A stretch of DNA of 52,804 nucleotides, taken from Ylistrum balloti (Eukaryota). Each line of letters begins with the position of its first letter. The stretch's first letter is position 1. The notes below the pieces were generated by a model, which had not been told where the DNA came from, did no database searches, and was given only the letters and a program-made list of their open reading frames with translations. Where the stretch lies: NCBI RefSeq assembly GCF_031769215.1, contig NW_026782145.1, forward strand, positions 1,178,001 to 1,230,804, given 5' to 3'. This document shows positions 39,010 through 50,962 of the stretch, piece by piece. Position numbers and translations under genes: made by a program.

Positions 39010-39815
39010 TTCATTGTATAACTTACCTGTGAATTTCACTTGTAAAACTTACAAGTAAATCTTGCCTGTATAACTTTCAGGTAAACCTTATCTGTATAAC
39101 TTACAAGTAAATGTTACCTGTATAACTTTCAGGTAAACCTTATCTGTATAACTTACAAGTAAATCTTGCCTGTATAACTTTCAGGCCTGTATAACTTTCA
39201 GGTAAACCTTATCTGTATAACTTAAAAGTAAATGTTACCTGTATAACTTTCAGGTAAACCTTATCTGTATAACTTACAAGTAAATCTTGCCTGTATAACT
39301 TTCAGGTAAACCTTATCTGTATAACTTACCATACTATTAAATCTTTCCTGTATAACATACTCTTAAACTTTTCCTTTATAACTTACAAGTAAATCTTACC
39401 TGTGTTACTTACTAGTAAACTTTACCTGTATAACTTTCAGGTAAACCTTATCTGTATAACTTACAAGTAAATCTTACGTGTGTATCTCCCAAGTAAAACC
39501 TGTAAATCTTACTATAGAAAACTTTACCTGAATAACTTACTTATAAATCTAACTTGTATAACTTACCCATGAATTTCACTTGTAAAACTTATCTGTATAA
39601 CTTACAAGTAAATTTTACCTGTATAACTTACCATACTAGTAAATCTTTCCTGTATAAATTCCTTGTAAATGTTTCCTTTACAACTTTCTAATAAACCTTA
39701 CTTGTAAAACTTCCTTGTAAATCTTTCCTGTATAACTTGTTAACTTTTCTAGTTTAACTTGGTAGTAAACTTTTCCTGTATAACTTGCTAGCAAATCTTA
39801 CCTGTATAAGTTACT
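39010..39815. repeat. 26-bp satellite with a 52-bp higher-order dimer
   Basis: Alternating A=TTACAAGTAAATCTTGCCTGTATAAC and B=TTTCAGGTAAACCTTATCTGTATAAC in the core (~39050-39330), with degenerate monomers on the flanks. Confidence 0.9.
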
Positions 39816-40545
39816 TGTATGTCTAGTTACATATGAGGATCCTGGTAATTCTGGGAGTATTTACTGTTTTGTGATAGTGTTGTCCCTTATTAAGATCAAT
39901 CTCCACAATATTTTGAAACATTTTTATCGTGAAATGAGCTATTGTTGTCAACTGAACCACAGTGTAGTTTCTAAATACCAGAGATTCAAGAATAAAGATT
40001 TTTGAACACACTACTTGGAGGGGTTAGGTTTTAGGTGATAAGTAACGGGAAAGCTTGGTGGTTGAAAATTCAGGTAAAAACTAATCTCTTAGAAATAAAA
40101 GGTTTCTACCAAGCTCTCAATCATTGTAACAGAGAGATTAAGAATATGTTGGAAAACTAAATATGAATTATTTAGATTCCTGAAATCATGACAGATTACT
40201 TGTAGTTTTTAATTAAGCATATTACTGACATTTAAATCAGAACACAGACTTATCAATTTGTCACAGCTTTTATGTTGTATTTAATCAATTTATCAAAGTT
40301 GATGTATATTTGATAAAAAACATTAATCTGAAAAAAAGTATTAGTCTGTACTTCATGACTATCTTTTACAGATGAAAGCTTCTATATTAAGGCACTGTCT
40401 CATTTAATGTCTCATCACGTATTGAGGGATTTCTTCTAATTTTCAAGTTTTTTTTATTACTTTTGGGTTTCGTATTATACTGGAATCACTCTCTGTCTGT
40501 CAGTGTGTCTGTCTGTTGTCTGCAAATATTGTCTGGTGAACGTCG

Positions 40546-40750
40546 CCTAAACTGGAACACCAGTTCCAATAAATTTTCATGCCTAAACTGGTACAACAAT
40601 TCCAATGAATTTTCATGCCTAAACTGGTACAACAATTCCAATGAATTTTCATGCCTAAACTGGTACAACAATTCCAATGAATTTTCATGCCTAAACTGGT
40701 ACAACAATTCCAATGAATTTTCATGCCTAAACTGGTACAACAATTCCTAT
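40546..40750. repeat. 36-bp minisatellite, ~5.7 copies
   Basis: Unit CCTAAACTGGTACAACAATTCCAATGAATTTTCATG, head-to-tail with no spacers. It explains the repetitive ORFs at 40463-40835. Confidence 0.95.
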
Positions 40751-40945
40751 AAAAAGCCGTATTGATGTTAATAATGCTGAATAGGTCAATATATTTTTTG
40801 AATTTTTGAAAGTTGGCAATTTTTCTGTTTCCCATTCAATTGAAATCTAATTGGACAAAAAATAAATAAAACCTTTCATGCAAGCATTGTAGATTTTAAT
40901 GCAACCCTGAAAAATATTAAACACAACATACTGCAAGAGAAGGAT

Positions 40946-41012
40946 CTCTTTAGCTTGATTGGTTGAGTGTATTAATTCAGAAGTCCTGAGTTTGATCCCT
41001 GACGAAGGCATT
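40946..41012 (+). mobile_element. tRNA-derived SINE head (relic)
   Basis: A-box-like TAGCTTGATTGG 40951-40962 and B-box-like GAGTTTGATCCC 40988-40999. No intact cloverleaf. Similar to the copies at 47660 and 47866. Confidence 0.55.
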
Positions 41013-41354
41013 GGAAATAAACAATTACCGCTGTTACAAATATATAAACTTTCTTCTACTATTTCAACTTTTCAAATTAAATGCACCTAAGGTGTTTAAA
41101 TATGAACTGTTAGGTAGTCTGTTAACCCCTCCATATATATGTACTACCATTTGTTAATGTTTGTTGTTGACATATTACAATGAAGAGTTGTATGTAAAGT
41201 TTCAATAAATTATGTTATGAATTTAATATTTGTCTTTATTTGCGACATCAAAAAAAGAAAATACTATTGGAAGAGAAGGAAGTCACCTCCAGCTCACCAA
41301 CTTCCATAGTATTAATTTTGAAATCAACTAAAAATGAGCTGTATGATGAATATG

Positions 41355-43941
41355 TTAATTATTTTTATTTGTATTTGCTTTCTCTTCCAAACTTGGTGGA
41401 CAGTATCTGAACAATGGTAGTAGAAATGCAGTGAGTGCTATAAATATTAAATACACATATCTGTATCCTAAAACATCTGTCATAGGTCCAGTCACCACAG
41501 AGAAGGTCAGCTTTCCTAGAACCTCCAGTGTAGCCAGCACAGTGTAGTGTGTTGCCTGGATCTGAGAGGGCGCTAGCTGTGAGCACTGCATCATCATAGT
41601 AAAGGTTGCTGTGGTTACCGTACCACTAATGAGTAACATAGTGAGCATACTCAAGACGGATATCACTGAAAATAATTCACAAAATGTTATTGTAAAATTA
41701 TGAACCACAAATTGAAATAATAGAAACACTTTCTGAGCAATGTTAAGTATGATAAATTATTTCTTGAGAGACATTTATTGGTTTGGCAGTTTTATATATC
41801 AATACAAATCATTAAATTAGTTTCTTACAGAAGCACAGCTGAAATTACATAGAATATAAAGAGTATTTACTTACCATAACACAGTGATACATATTCTTCA
41901 GACCAGAAACATACTACAAGGATCTGAGAGGTAAGTGGAAATAACCGCAACATACATGACACTTTGAGGAGGTCCACTGTGCTCCAGCTGAGGAATTAAT
42001 GATGCTTGTATAAACATAATCATCTTAATGCAATTAAACACACAATGTATGAAAATCAAATTCATAACATGGTGAGTACACAAAAATTGGACCGACTGTC
42101 ATGAAGCCAAACTACACTTCTATTGTGATATCAAACTATGGTGACATCAATCTGCAAAGGTATTGTGATGTCTTTATAGTGATGTCAAAGTATTGTGATA
42201 TTTGGATGTCACACTAGAGTGACACCAAACCATGTTTCTATCATGATGTCAAACTATTGTGACACCAAACCACACTGACACCAAGCCATGCCTATATTCT
42301 GATGTCACATTTAAGTGCCACCACAGCTGTTTTGTGATGTCACACTATAGGGACACCAAGCCACACCTCTGAAGTGACCAAACGACACCAACACTTGTAC
42401 TGGCACATGATCATGATCATCCAGTGGTTATGAAGTTAGAATAAGTGATAAAATTATCTATCATGAAATAGAAAGTTTGAAAACTTTGGTTTTTAATGCC
42501 CCAATATACACAACTTTCAATATAAATCTGTGTAATTAGTATGCTAATTGGTCACATCTTTTTTAGTGACAGCCCAATGAACTTTACATAGCATAAGTTT
42601 TTATTTTAAATGTGACCCACTTTTATTCATTATACAAAGTGTTTCTTAATAGATATCACTCAGCTGAAGGTATGTTTTAATGTTATCTTATCATAATTAC
42701 CGAGTGGAAGTTTTCTCAGAAATTTTCTGAATCATATGAATTTGTCAAATGATGAGTATATTGGGGCTTTAACAATCAGAGGTGACCATCGTAAGGAATT
42801 GAAATACTTGCCTCCCCAGAAAACCTTGCCAAGGCTTCCTCACATGAAAATACACTGTACAACAGGATTTCTTGGTTTTATAACATATCTAAGATATGTA
42901 ATACAATGTAGTTGACTGCACTACAGTACCTGACAGGATACCTATATATTTACCTGAGATGTGATATCAGCCATCCTCCAAGAAATGAACCAAAAATAGA
43001 CACCAGTTGTCCAACAATTCCTGTCCAGAATCCAATTTTTGACATTGGCAGATCTTTGTCTACCAAATACAGTGGGACCATACTAATTGCTCCTTGTTCC
43101 CCTGTAACATAAAGTTGTAAAATTAAACAACCTTTCAAGTGTGTAGTGGAACCATGCTGATGGCTCCTTGTTCATTCACCTGTAACACAAAGTCATTCTA
43201 TTGAAAGAATACAGAATATAATGAAACCTACTTACCAAGTTTATATAGAAGCACAAAAACAATAATCCATTTAGTCCCAGTTGATCTGTATACGTCTACT
43301 AGATGTCTGAAAAACCATCCATACTGATCATCTTCATTATCTGTTCGTTTGGAGCTTTGTTCACTTTTTCCAGTATCTTCCTGGTGTGTCCGTTCTGTAT
43401 GTGGTATGCCAATTGTCACAAAAAATGTTGATAGGGAATAAACACCAACTAAAACAAAAAAGAGTAATGACCAGGGCAGGTGATCACTTAACCAGGTCAG
43501 GACACCTCCACTGACCAATGTGCCCACCTTATAGCCAACTACTTGAGCGATGTTTCCGTACGCCAGCTCAGATGATGACAGCATATGTATAGCTATTCCA
43601 TCCACAGCAATGTCCTGAGTGGAGGTTAAAAGATTGAAAAGGAAGAGTACACAACCCAATGGAATGATGAGTTCAGGTGGAGAAAACGCTCCAACTATGC
43701 AAGTCAGTGCTAACCCTGACATACTCCACATGAGCCAATCCCTTTTGGTGCCATAACGGTCAACATATGGGGCCCACAATGCTTTACACATCCAGGGTAA
43801 CAGCAGTAACTTGAAGAGGCTGATGTCAGTCAAACTCATACCATGTGACCTGAAGTATACAGGCAGAAATTTAGCCTGTAGTCCATATGGCAAGCCTTGT
43901 AGAAAGTACAGCACAGCAAGGAGCAGGATATTCCTCATCAT
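41355..43941 (-). CDS. MFSD3: Major facilitator superfamily domain-containing protein 3 (AmpG/SLC33-related permease), 425 aa, 4 coding exons
   Basis: complement(join(41355..41665,41875..41987,42954..43101,43236..43941)), GT-AG with matching phases. Motifs LYFLQGLPYGLQ, LWAPYVD, TQDIAVDG, LYKLGEQG, TTATFTMMMQCSQLAP and QATHYTVLATLEVLGKL. Minus-strand AATAAA at 41235-41240. Confidence 0.96.
42095..42400. repeat. Degenerate short-period repeat in MFSD3 intron
   Basis: Interleaved GTGATGTCAAACTAT and GTGACACCAAACC motifs. Confidence 0.6.
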
Positions 43942-46900
43942 TTATTTTTTTCAGCCAATAACACTGGAGGAATTGGATGACAATTATTTTGTTGTAATGT
44001 TTCCGTAGTGATTAGGTTATAATCATCACTTGAGTCTTGTCTGTACTGTACTAGTAGAACTAAAAAGATATGGAAACAAAGAATAAAAGTATAATTGTCA
44101 TTTTGGGTGGATATCAGTATCTCAAACTCAAAACTCGAAATAGTCTATATATCAGACAACAAAAATGAAAATTAATGCTCGCATGATATTTATAATACAA
44201 CCCCACATGTTGGCAATAGTCCTGCTTTTGCTACTCAAATGCAGGATCCTTTTTAAATAGAAACAGAAAAAGTTCTTTTATACATACATAACAAAAAGAA
44301 CATGTTACTTTTGACATGGCCTAATGACCAATGCAACAAACATTTTAACACAAAATGTGGATAATTAAGTTGTCTCGCTTTTAGTAAAAATCACAAACAG
44401 TATCTAGTGTGGCTAAAAACATAACACAGGCAAATTCATGCTCACCTTTGACATTTACACTAAATGCTACCACTGGCTATACTCTATTCTATGGAAAACA
44501 AAGTCAATGAAAAAGTGACATTTTTATACAAAGTTGGATAACAGAAATGAACATTTCCCATACACTAATTTGAGTCGTGTTAAAAAATATGACGCCCTGT
44601 TTTGTTGCAGATGTATTAAGGATCTTCATGTGTTTCTATTTCAAAAGATCGTGCATTTGAATAACCAACTTTTTACTCAAAGCGGTAAGTATATATGCGA
44701 GGTTGTGCCCACCCTGTGCAACACTTACCTCTGACGTCTATATATTTCTCTGTCTGTTCTGTCTCGTTGATAACCTAATAGAATCATTGGAAAAGTTTTA
44801 CTATGTTAGGATAAAAGAACAAGTTTGATACACGTGTACTTTAAAATGCATATCAGTACATGTATTTTTATCTCTGACTAGTATAGAAATTTATTTCTAC
44901 TTTCGTTTTAACAGGAAGCATTATTGGGGCTTTTTTATTATGTGTCCAAAGCGATATTTTTTCTACTACATTTTGGTTAGTATTTTTGAGGAACAAACAA
45001 ATACCAAAGTGGTATTTATTTTTAAGTAATTTCAATAATTCTTAGAATACCGGGCACGATCTAGTTATAAAATACACGAACAAGATCGACGAAGGATACT
45101 TAATCAAACCGTTTTGACAGGAATAAATGAGAGCAGTCCTAACTTGAAAAAGCATGATGAAATTATAATGTAATTCTATAAGAAGCGCAAACAAGGTATC
45201 TAAACTTGTTTTGAATGATAAAAATAAAAGAAATAATTGTTTGTCCCAAGAGGTAAGTTAATGATTCAATTCAATGGATTAACAAAAAAGATAATACCAT
45301 ACAATTCAGATACCGTGTTTTCTCTTAGTTTGTCCTTAGTATCGCGTAAACTTCCGGTAAGACTGAAGTGGAAAGTGAGATTTTATCGATGTAAGTCACT
45401 TTCCTTTGATTTATTATTTTTATTGTAGAATAACTCCAATTGTTATGTAAACAACCAATGTGAAAACATGTTAATTGTAAATGAAAGCGATTGATTCACT
45501 TTTAATAAGCTTGGTAACGTTTTGGTATGATAAGCCGATCCATTGTTAGCACATACAATTATCAAATTTGATATGTAGATTCCCCTTGGTGCCTTGATGA
45601 AGTGGTTGTCTTTCAGTTTTCAGATAGATCAGATAAAAAAAAACAAAATGTTCAATGTCAATGGTTGGATTTTGGAGAAAAATTATCGTTATTTCTTGAG
45701 GAATATTAGATGGAAAACCAAAATGGATAAAAGGGATCCATGTTGGATTTCGACAATGAATGGTTGTTTTCGCTAATTCTTGGGAAGTACTTGATGGACC
45801 TGCCTCAAAATTCATATGTAGTTTTCCTTTATATGTAATTTTTATCACCTCTTAATTTTGAAACTGACTATGACAATGAAACTATAAAGTTTGCAATCAC
45901 TATTTCTTGAGAAGTATATAGAGAATACATGGTCAGTGTCTTTAAATATAAGCTGTATTTTGGCAAGGGTGAAGAAAGCCAAAATGCAGCTTATATTTTA
46001 AGATACTGACCAAGTATTTTATTAATTCTGCAACATTGATTGCAAATCAGACAATCAGAACTCCAACAGTTTTTGTTGTTCATTCTTTGCTTACCTGGCA
46101 TTGACGTTACGTTGAATTTTGCTTGATGACGCACGCCAAAATGATTGCTCCGCGCAGAAATATAGTTTCAAACTCCAACGAATATGACAGCAATTTTATT
46201 AATTGACTTAAACAACCTTGTTCTTTACAACATATAAAATCGCTTATTTCAACATTTGGTTTTATTGTTAGAAATAATATTCGAGTAATTTCAGAAAGTA
46301 TTTCAAGCAAATTAAAATACAGCTGTCACAACCGAATACGGCAAAAATATATGTGTTAGGTGTATTCAAACAATGTCAGCACAAGTTCCGGGATAAATAG
46401 GCCTACTGGGTGGATCTTAATCAAATTTACATGTTTTGGGACTGATCAAAAGTACTTGATTGGATTATTCTCAAATTTAATATGTAGGTTCTTGGTTGTT
46501 CCTTATTTTGCAATATGCTTTGCTTGGTGACTGGTTAGAATTCAACAGGTGGACTTCATACATTTTGAAAATTTAGATTTTATCACTATTTTCAAAAGTT
46601 TGAGAAGAATCGTTTTAAAATGTCATATATTGGTTTTCTTTAGTTTTCATTCCATGAAACCAAATATGTGACACATGGTCTCCTTGGATTTTGACAAATT
46701 GAAATTTGGTATTTCTTAACAAGATCATTCTGAAATAACCAATGTTGATTTCCATTATGTAATGATGTAACTGTATGATTAATTAACCTATCAATTAATT
46801 AAGTGATTAAGAGCACAAAAGGAGAAAGAAGAGAAATGTAGCTAAAAGATCCAACTTACATAGAACAATTAAGATCACATAACCATGGGTGCCAAGGTCC

Positions 46901-47659
46901 CTCTCAGATCTCATGTATACACATATGGCTGATCTTAAACAAAATGTTCTCACAGTTGAAACACATCTTACCAGATTAAAACAAGAAAATGGTAAACAAA
47001 AAACAAAGCAAAAACAAAATAAAATAAAAGTAAATAATAATAGTAATAATCTACACAACACAGATACCTTTTTTGACATTTCATTTCTTATACATGGAGT
47101 AAAAACCTATTTAATGTGTATACAGCTTGATACACTCTCAATGTCTGAAATAACAATTAGGTTGAATTGATAATTACTACTTATCTAGAAAAAATATGCT
47201 AAAATATTACTTATTCAGTGAGTAATGTACAGTTTTAGTTATGGTAATTAAAATGAAATTTAAATACATCTGTTGATGAACTTGAAATATACTAAGGATA
47301 AGATATGGCACCAGTATGTTAGATATACATGCAGTTGTAACTTTTTAATACAGAGTTTTACTTGAAAAAACTGCCCCTTGTACCCAACACTGCCCCTTTT
47401 TATGCTCCAGAAAATATTGTTATGGTCGGAAATAATCAGTGTTTTTATCAAAAGAAATAGATATACATGTACTATACAGTGAAAAACACAACAAAAATAC
47501 TGGTTCGGTAAATAAATTTTTATATCTAATATACCTATGTAGTTTCAGATATAACTGGTGTAATTAAATATCTTTTTTGACATTGACTTGACTGAAACAT
47601 GTATTTGTTATGTAACCCTACTAAATACTAGCCGCAATATACCACTCGCCTATAGAGAA

Positions 47660-47955
47660 CTCTTTAAATCAATCGGTTGAGCATTAGACAAGTTAGCAAG
47701 AAGTCCCAAATTTGAATCTTAGTGGAGGCATTACAATAGTTAATGACCTCTGTTACATTGGCACCCTTAGGGATTCAGGAATAGTACTTAGTATTGTCCC
47801 AAAGACATCACTGTAGCCCATGAAAACCCACCAATTAGTTGTTTCTTGAAGGGGGAGTATGCTCGTTCAGTTGAGCATCAGACTTTGAATAAGCCAGAAG
47901 TTCCAGGTTTGAATCCCAATGGAGACATTGAAGTAGATAAGGACCTCTGTTGCAG
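47660..47955 (+). mobile_element. Two adjacent tRNA-derived SINE relics (47660-47760 and 47866-47955)
   Basis: Both read ..GTTGAGCAT.AGAC..AGAAGT.CC..TTTGAATC..GGAG.CATT..GACCTCTGTT.CA and share the head seen at 40946. Confidence 0.55.
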
Positions 47956-48469
47956 TTTTTACAGTGTAATTTTGTCTTGTGTAGTGTACATTAGTTGTTT
48001 GAGATTTGTTTGGATGTGAATTAATGTCTTATATTGGTTATCAGGATACAGCAGTAGGATGTGATAAAAGCATGAGTACCAAATTGCTCTCAGTCGGTGA
48101 TGGACAGATGGAGAAGAAAAGTCACCATACTGAGCGAGGTAGTCAACATCTTAAAACATCACTAAAATATATTAACCCAGAGAAATGTATTGATTGAAAT
48201 AAACAAACAGGGCATAATTTGTTTTTTGTTGACAAAATGGTTAAGTAGAACATTGCCCGGCACTCACAATAGAATCAACACGAAAAGATGGATGTTTCTG
48301 ATGAATCAAAGGGCATATAACTCTTCACTAAAGTATAATTAAAACTTTACAGTCATTATGGCTATTGATGCTTGTATCAATGATTAATGTACGAATAAGT
48401 AATCAAATAAAGTCAATGGAGAAATTAATAATATTGTAAATGATCTATTGCAGTAAGTAAATGTTATAT

Positions 48470-48918
48470 CATGTAAGGAATTAAGTATTATTTTAGGTAA
48501 ATGTTATGCAAAATTATGTATTGTTTTATGTAAAAGTTATATTAGGAATTATGTATTGTTTTATGTGAATGGTATGCTAGAAATCATGTATTGTTTTAAG
48601 TAAATGTTTAGCTAGGCATTATGTATTGTATTATGTAAACGTTATGCTAGAAATTATGTATTGTTTTAAGTAAATGTTAAGCTAGGCATTATGTATTGTT
48701 TTATGTTAATGTTATGCTAGAAATTATGTATTGTTTTAAGTAAATGTTAAGCTAGGCATTATGTATTGTTTTAAGTTAATGTTATTTTAGAAATTATGTA
48801 TTGTTTTATGTAAATGTTAAGCTAGACATTATGTATTGTTTTATGTAAATGTTAAGCTAGACATTATGTATTGTATTATATTAATGTTATGTTAGAAATC
48901 ATGTTTTGTTTTATGTTG
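48470..48918. repeat. 35-bp minisatellite, ~12-13 copies, ending at a splice acceptor
   Basis: Unit ATTATGTATTGTTTTA(T/A)GTAAATGTTA(T/A)GCTAG(AA/GC), with anchors every 35 bp from 48513 to 48898. Confidence 0.93.
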
Positions 48919-48924
48919 TAACAG

Positions 48925-50654
48925 CTGTCATTACCCAGGAGATGATTGATGACTTTCCTGTAAATTACAAAGGACTGTACACATTGAAGTATAAAAAGAA
49001 GAAAGAACAAAAAGGATCGACTATAGAGGTTTGCCAATTTTTTCTCAGTCATGTATATTCTATCAAACTATAACAATACTGACACTGTCAGTGTAATAAT
49101 GGATACAGAGGAAAACCATGTACACACAGTTCTTCCATTGTTTCCTCAGAAATTCTTGTTTTGTTTTGAGTGTCCTTCCTTACACTTGATCTGCTGAGGT
49201 TGAATATATTTCATGTAATTAAAGCTTTACATTATTATAGGTATTTGTTATTTGACTTGTGTTTGATGTTTTAAGTGATGATGTATATGTGTAACATTTT
49301 ACTTTTTTATCAATAGGATATTGAAAAGAAGTTTGCCGACTATGGTAAAGTTACAGAGGTTGACGGAGATGACTGGTAAATGGTTTTGTGTATTTACTCA
49401 TATGTTATCAAAGAACCTTAAAAGAATGATCAAATTTTTTCAGTTTTGGTTTCAAGGAAATGTTTGATATACATGGAAAATTACCATGCTTCCTCTCATT
49501 TGTGAATTGAGGAAATATGAAGGATTGCTATTGAATATACATGGTTAAAAAAATTGTATGTATCATAAAATAAAATGTATGAATAATCATACACTTTTCA
49601 ATTTTCATGTGTGACAGAATATTGAAAATCAATGCTGTATACCAGAATATTTTTCACTCCCATTTAATTTTGGTCCTTTTCATTCATAAAAAGGGAGAGT
49701 AAGTTTGAGATTGGACCGAAATTTTGTTATTCTTATATAACCCTTTTATACAATTTCCAGAGGACAAAATGAACATAAGGCAAATTTGTGTATAATGGTA
49801 CATGGGTGTTTACAGTAATAATATCATTATGTGGTGCATCATGCAAATATTAAACGTGTTTAGTAAGTCAAACTTTATTTATATAGTATGGTAAAATAGT
49901 TGTCAACATTCTGGTAATTGTTATTCTAGGTGGATCTATGTACGGTTTTCAGTGAAGGATCATGCTGTTGCAGTACTCAAGGCATTTGGAGAAGAGCTCA
50001 GTCTTAAGATTGTATATGATCGCCATCATTACAAGGATGGTAATAATTAATTTAGCTGATTTAGCTGTATTATCATCAGAAATCCTTATCACTATAAATG
50101 AATCATACCAAAAAAAACTGTGCACGAAATAGGGTGCATCGAGGTCAATGTTATACACGGACCTTCATAAAAGGGATCTGATAAATATTTACATTAGTTA
50201 CCAGTGTAACAGGCAGTCCTGCTGCTCCATTCCCCCCCCCCCCCCCAGCTGAAAGTCTGCCCATGAAAACATAAGGTAGCCACTTCTCTTCCTGGGGAAT
50301 ACATTGGATACCTTACTTATCCACTAGTTTCCTCCCCTAGGGAAGAATCCTGTACCTGATTCATCATATTAGTCTTTAATCAGATGATTCCTTCCTTCTA
50401 TGATGTGTGAGGCAATTCAATTATTATTTTGCATAAGATCTCAAAATAGTAGGTCATATAAGCAATTAGGAGTATATAGAAAATTGGAAATTTTGGTCAT
50501 CATATCCAGATATGTGATAAAAATATTTGTACCTGTGATAGTCATGTGGTTATGCAAACATTATTCTCACACTAATCTTACAATATATTCTACAGGACAA
50601 CATCAAAGACTTGTGGAAGTTTACATAGGAAATCTTCCTCCTATTGTGAAAGAG
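48925..50654 (+). CDS. 5' part of an RRM-domain RNA-binding protein gene (possibly TDRD10-like); continues beyond the window
   Basis: Exons 48925..49028, 49317..49375, 49930..50039 and 50596..50654, all GT-AG with phases 0,2,1,0 joining in frame. From ATG 48942: MIDDFPVNYKGLYTLKYKKKKEQKGSTIEDIEKKFADYGKVTEVDGDDWWIYVRFSVKDHAVAVLKAFGEELSLKIVYDRHHYKDGQHQRLVEVYIGNLPPIVKE. This is a degenerate RRM followed by the RNP2 motif (VYIGNLP) of a second. Confidence 0.75.
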
Positions 50655-50962
50655 GTATGTTAATTTGATAAATAACCACCAAGCCATTAACAATTTTTAT
50701 ACTATGTGATTTGAAACATTGCCTAATTCAGAATATTATACATATACATGTACTAACATGATAAGTTATGAAACGTGGTGATGTTGTTAATTTCAATTTG
50801 TCAGGGTAAGAATATCAATGCCAGATACACATGGCGGTTTGTGTTTCCCTGGAGGCTGGGAAACTGACCAATCTGTACTGTCGTAGTTGTGTACTTTGGC
50901 GGGACACTTACCCTAATTGCTCTGGATGGCATGCAATAAATCATTTGTATGTTATCTAGTGA

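Noticed and set aside
40463-40835. Repetitive ORFs (CLNWYNNSNEFS)n in three frames, and a CRISPR-like 36-bp period
   Set aside because: The unit length is divisible by 3 and happens to lack stops. Units are head-to-tail with no spacers, there are no cas genes, and the context is eukaryotic.
43228-43941. Bacterial AmpG-like permease as a possible horizontal transfer
   Set aside because: It is exon 1 of a spliced MFSD3 orthologue, a normal animal gene of that family.
45594-45776. ORF with FNVNG, reminiscent of an L1 endonuclease N-terminus
   Set aside because: Only one short motif; the following LQETH-type motif could not be found.
50232-50246. C15 run (G15 on the minus strand)
   Set aside because: A simple intronic homopolymer with no supporting context.
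50803-50914. 8-bp inverted ends AGGGTAAG/CTTACCCT just 5' of the RTE
   Set aside because: The match does not extend and there is no TSD; too short to call a MITE.
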